A DNA stretch of 61,172 nucleotides, counting the filler. It is 4 parts of 4 records of this genome, joined end to end, with 100 filler letters (N's around TTAATTAATTAA, not from the genome) between each part and the next. Parts side by side here need not be neighbours in the genome. Positions count along the whole stretch, not along the records: positions 45,338 to 61,172 come from SRR22947727_487; 3 more parts are not named here. One strand, 5' to 3'. A program made the position numbers and the translations under genes. How positions within the stretch are numbered: position 1 is the first letter of the stretch; each line of letters opens with the position of its first letter. Below, piece after piece: positions 60,784-61,172 of this stretch. The notes beneath the pieces were generated by a model, which worked only from the letters and a program-made list of their open reading frames with translations, searched no databases and was not told where the DNA came from.

Positions 60784-60951
60784 ATGGAACTACTTACAAC
60801 ACTAGAATTGTCCAAGCTTTCAGGCATTTCTGTTGACCAGTTGCGGACTTGGCACAGAAAGAAGAAGTTTGCAGATTTTTCAAAACAGTTTGTTCCCAAA
60901 GGCGCAATTCTCTGGGACAAAAGAATTTTGCAGAAGTTGCAGAATGATTGA
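60784..60951 (+). CDS. AlpA/MerR-type winged-HTH protein, excisionase or Cro analogue (not in ORF track)
   Basis: MELLTTLELSKLSGISVDQLRTWHRKKKF...GAILWD, 55 aa. Confidence 0.75.
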   Translation: MELLTTLELSKLSGISVDQLRTWHRKKKFADFSKQFVPKGAILWDKRILQKLQND

Positions 60952-61144
60952 CGAAGAACTGAGAACAGAACTGGCTGAAATCAAGAACATGATTTCAGAA
61001 CACAATCTCATTTTGCAGAAGTTGTCGAAGCAGATTTCCGCTGACGTTGCCATTCAGGCGACTCAGACAGAGCGAGCGGTTGAGTTGGCAAGATTAAGAA
61101 GAACAGCAGATAAGGCAACTCGCAGAATTGCGACAGTTGACTGA
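60944..61144 (+). CDS. Small coiled-coil hypothetical phage protein
   Basis: Likely start is ATG 60944 (MIDEELRTELAEIK...), overlapping the upstream stop; track ORF 60833 is over-extended. Confidence 0.6.
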   Translation: MIDEELRTELAEIKNMISEHNLILQKLSKQISADVAIQATQTERAVELARLRRTADKATRRIATVD

Positions 61145-61172
61145 GCCATAGTTTTTTCAACTCATTGACCGA

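Larger units (their letters stand above)
45338..61172. mobile_element. Temperate siphophage contig (head-tail-lysis-attP-int-repressor)
   Basis: Lambda-like structural gene order, tyrosine integrase, tRNA-derived att core, abrupt GC increase relative to the other contigs. Confidence 0.95.

Noticed and set aside
606-60920. Numerous 60-115 aa ORFs antisense to or nested in well-supported genes (e.g. 606-818, 2607-2954, 49092-49391, 54921-55154, 60322-60576, 60717-60920)
   Set aside because: They overlap confidently assigned genes, have no recognisable motifs, and are expected by chance.

Overview
The window is four contigs joined by artificial 100-nt linkers (N44-TTAATTAATTAA-N44 at 14200-14299, 23293-23392, 45238-45337), so adjacency across linkers has no biological meaning. 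Contigs 1-3 (1-45237) are very AT-rich (about 30% GC by eye), gene-dense DNA resembling a streamlined marine alphaproteobacterium (SAR11/HIMB59-like; inference). They carry a nanE-nanK-nagA-nagB(II) amino-sugar operon coupled to a GMC oxidoreductase and an enolase-superfamily gene, a convergent LLM monooxygenase / Xsc-like TPP enzyme / TgnD-like hydrolase operon with a structured leader, ugp transport genes, and housekeeping genes (argG, rlmN, folD, pntA, pyk, uvrB, rmuC, yajQ, saccharopine genes). Contig 4 (45338-61172, about 45-50% GC by eye) is a lambda-like temperate siphophage. It has an HK97 capsid, a sialyltransferase/Maf-like glycosyltransferase inserted directly behind the capsid gene, head-tail and tail genes with a clear G/GT -1 frameshift and stimulatory hairpin, a non-lambda tail tip and an atypical lysis cassette. 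These are followed by an intact attP carrying the 3' half of tRNA-Asn (so the phage was assembled in excised/circular form), a tyrosine integrase and a repressor/excisionase switch. The best candidates for novel biology are the capsid-module glycosyltransferase (possible virion glycosylation) and the uncharacterised catabolic cluster with its candidate RNA leader. Family assignments come from recalled motifs, not database searches.
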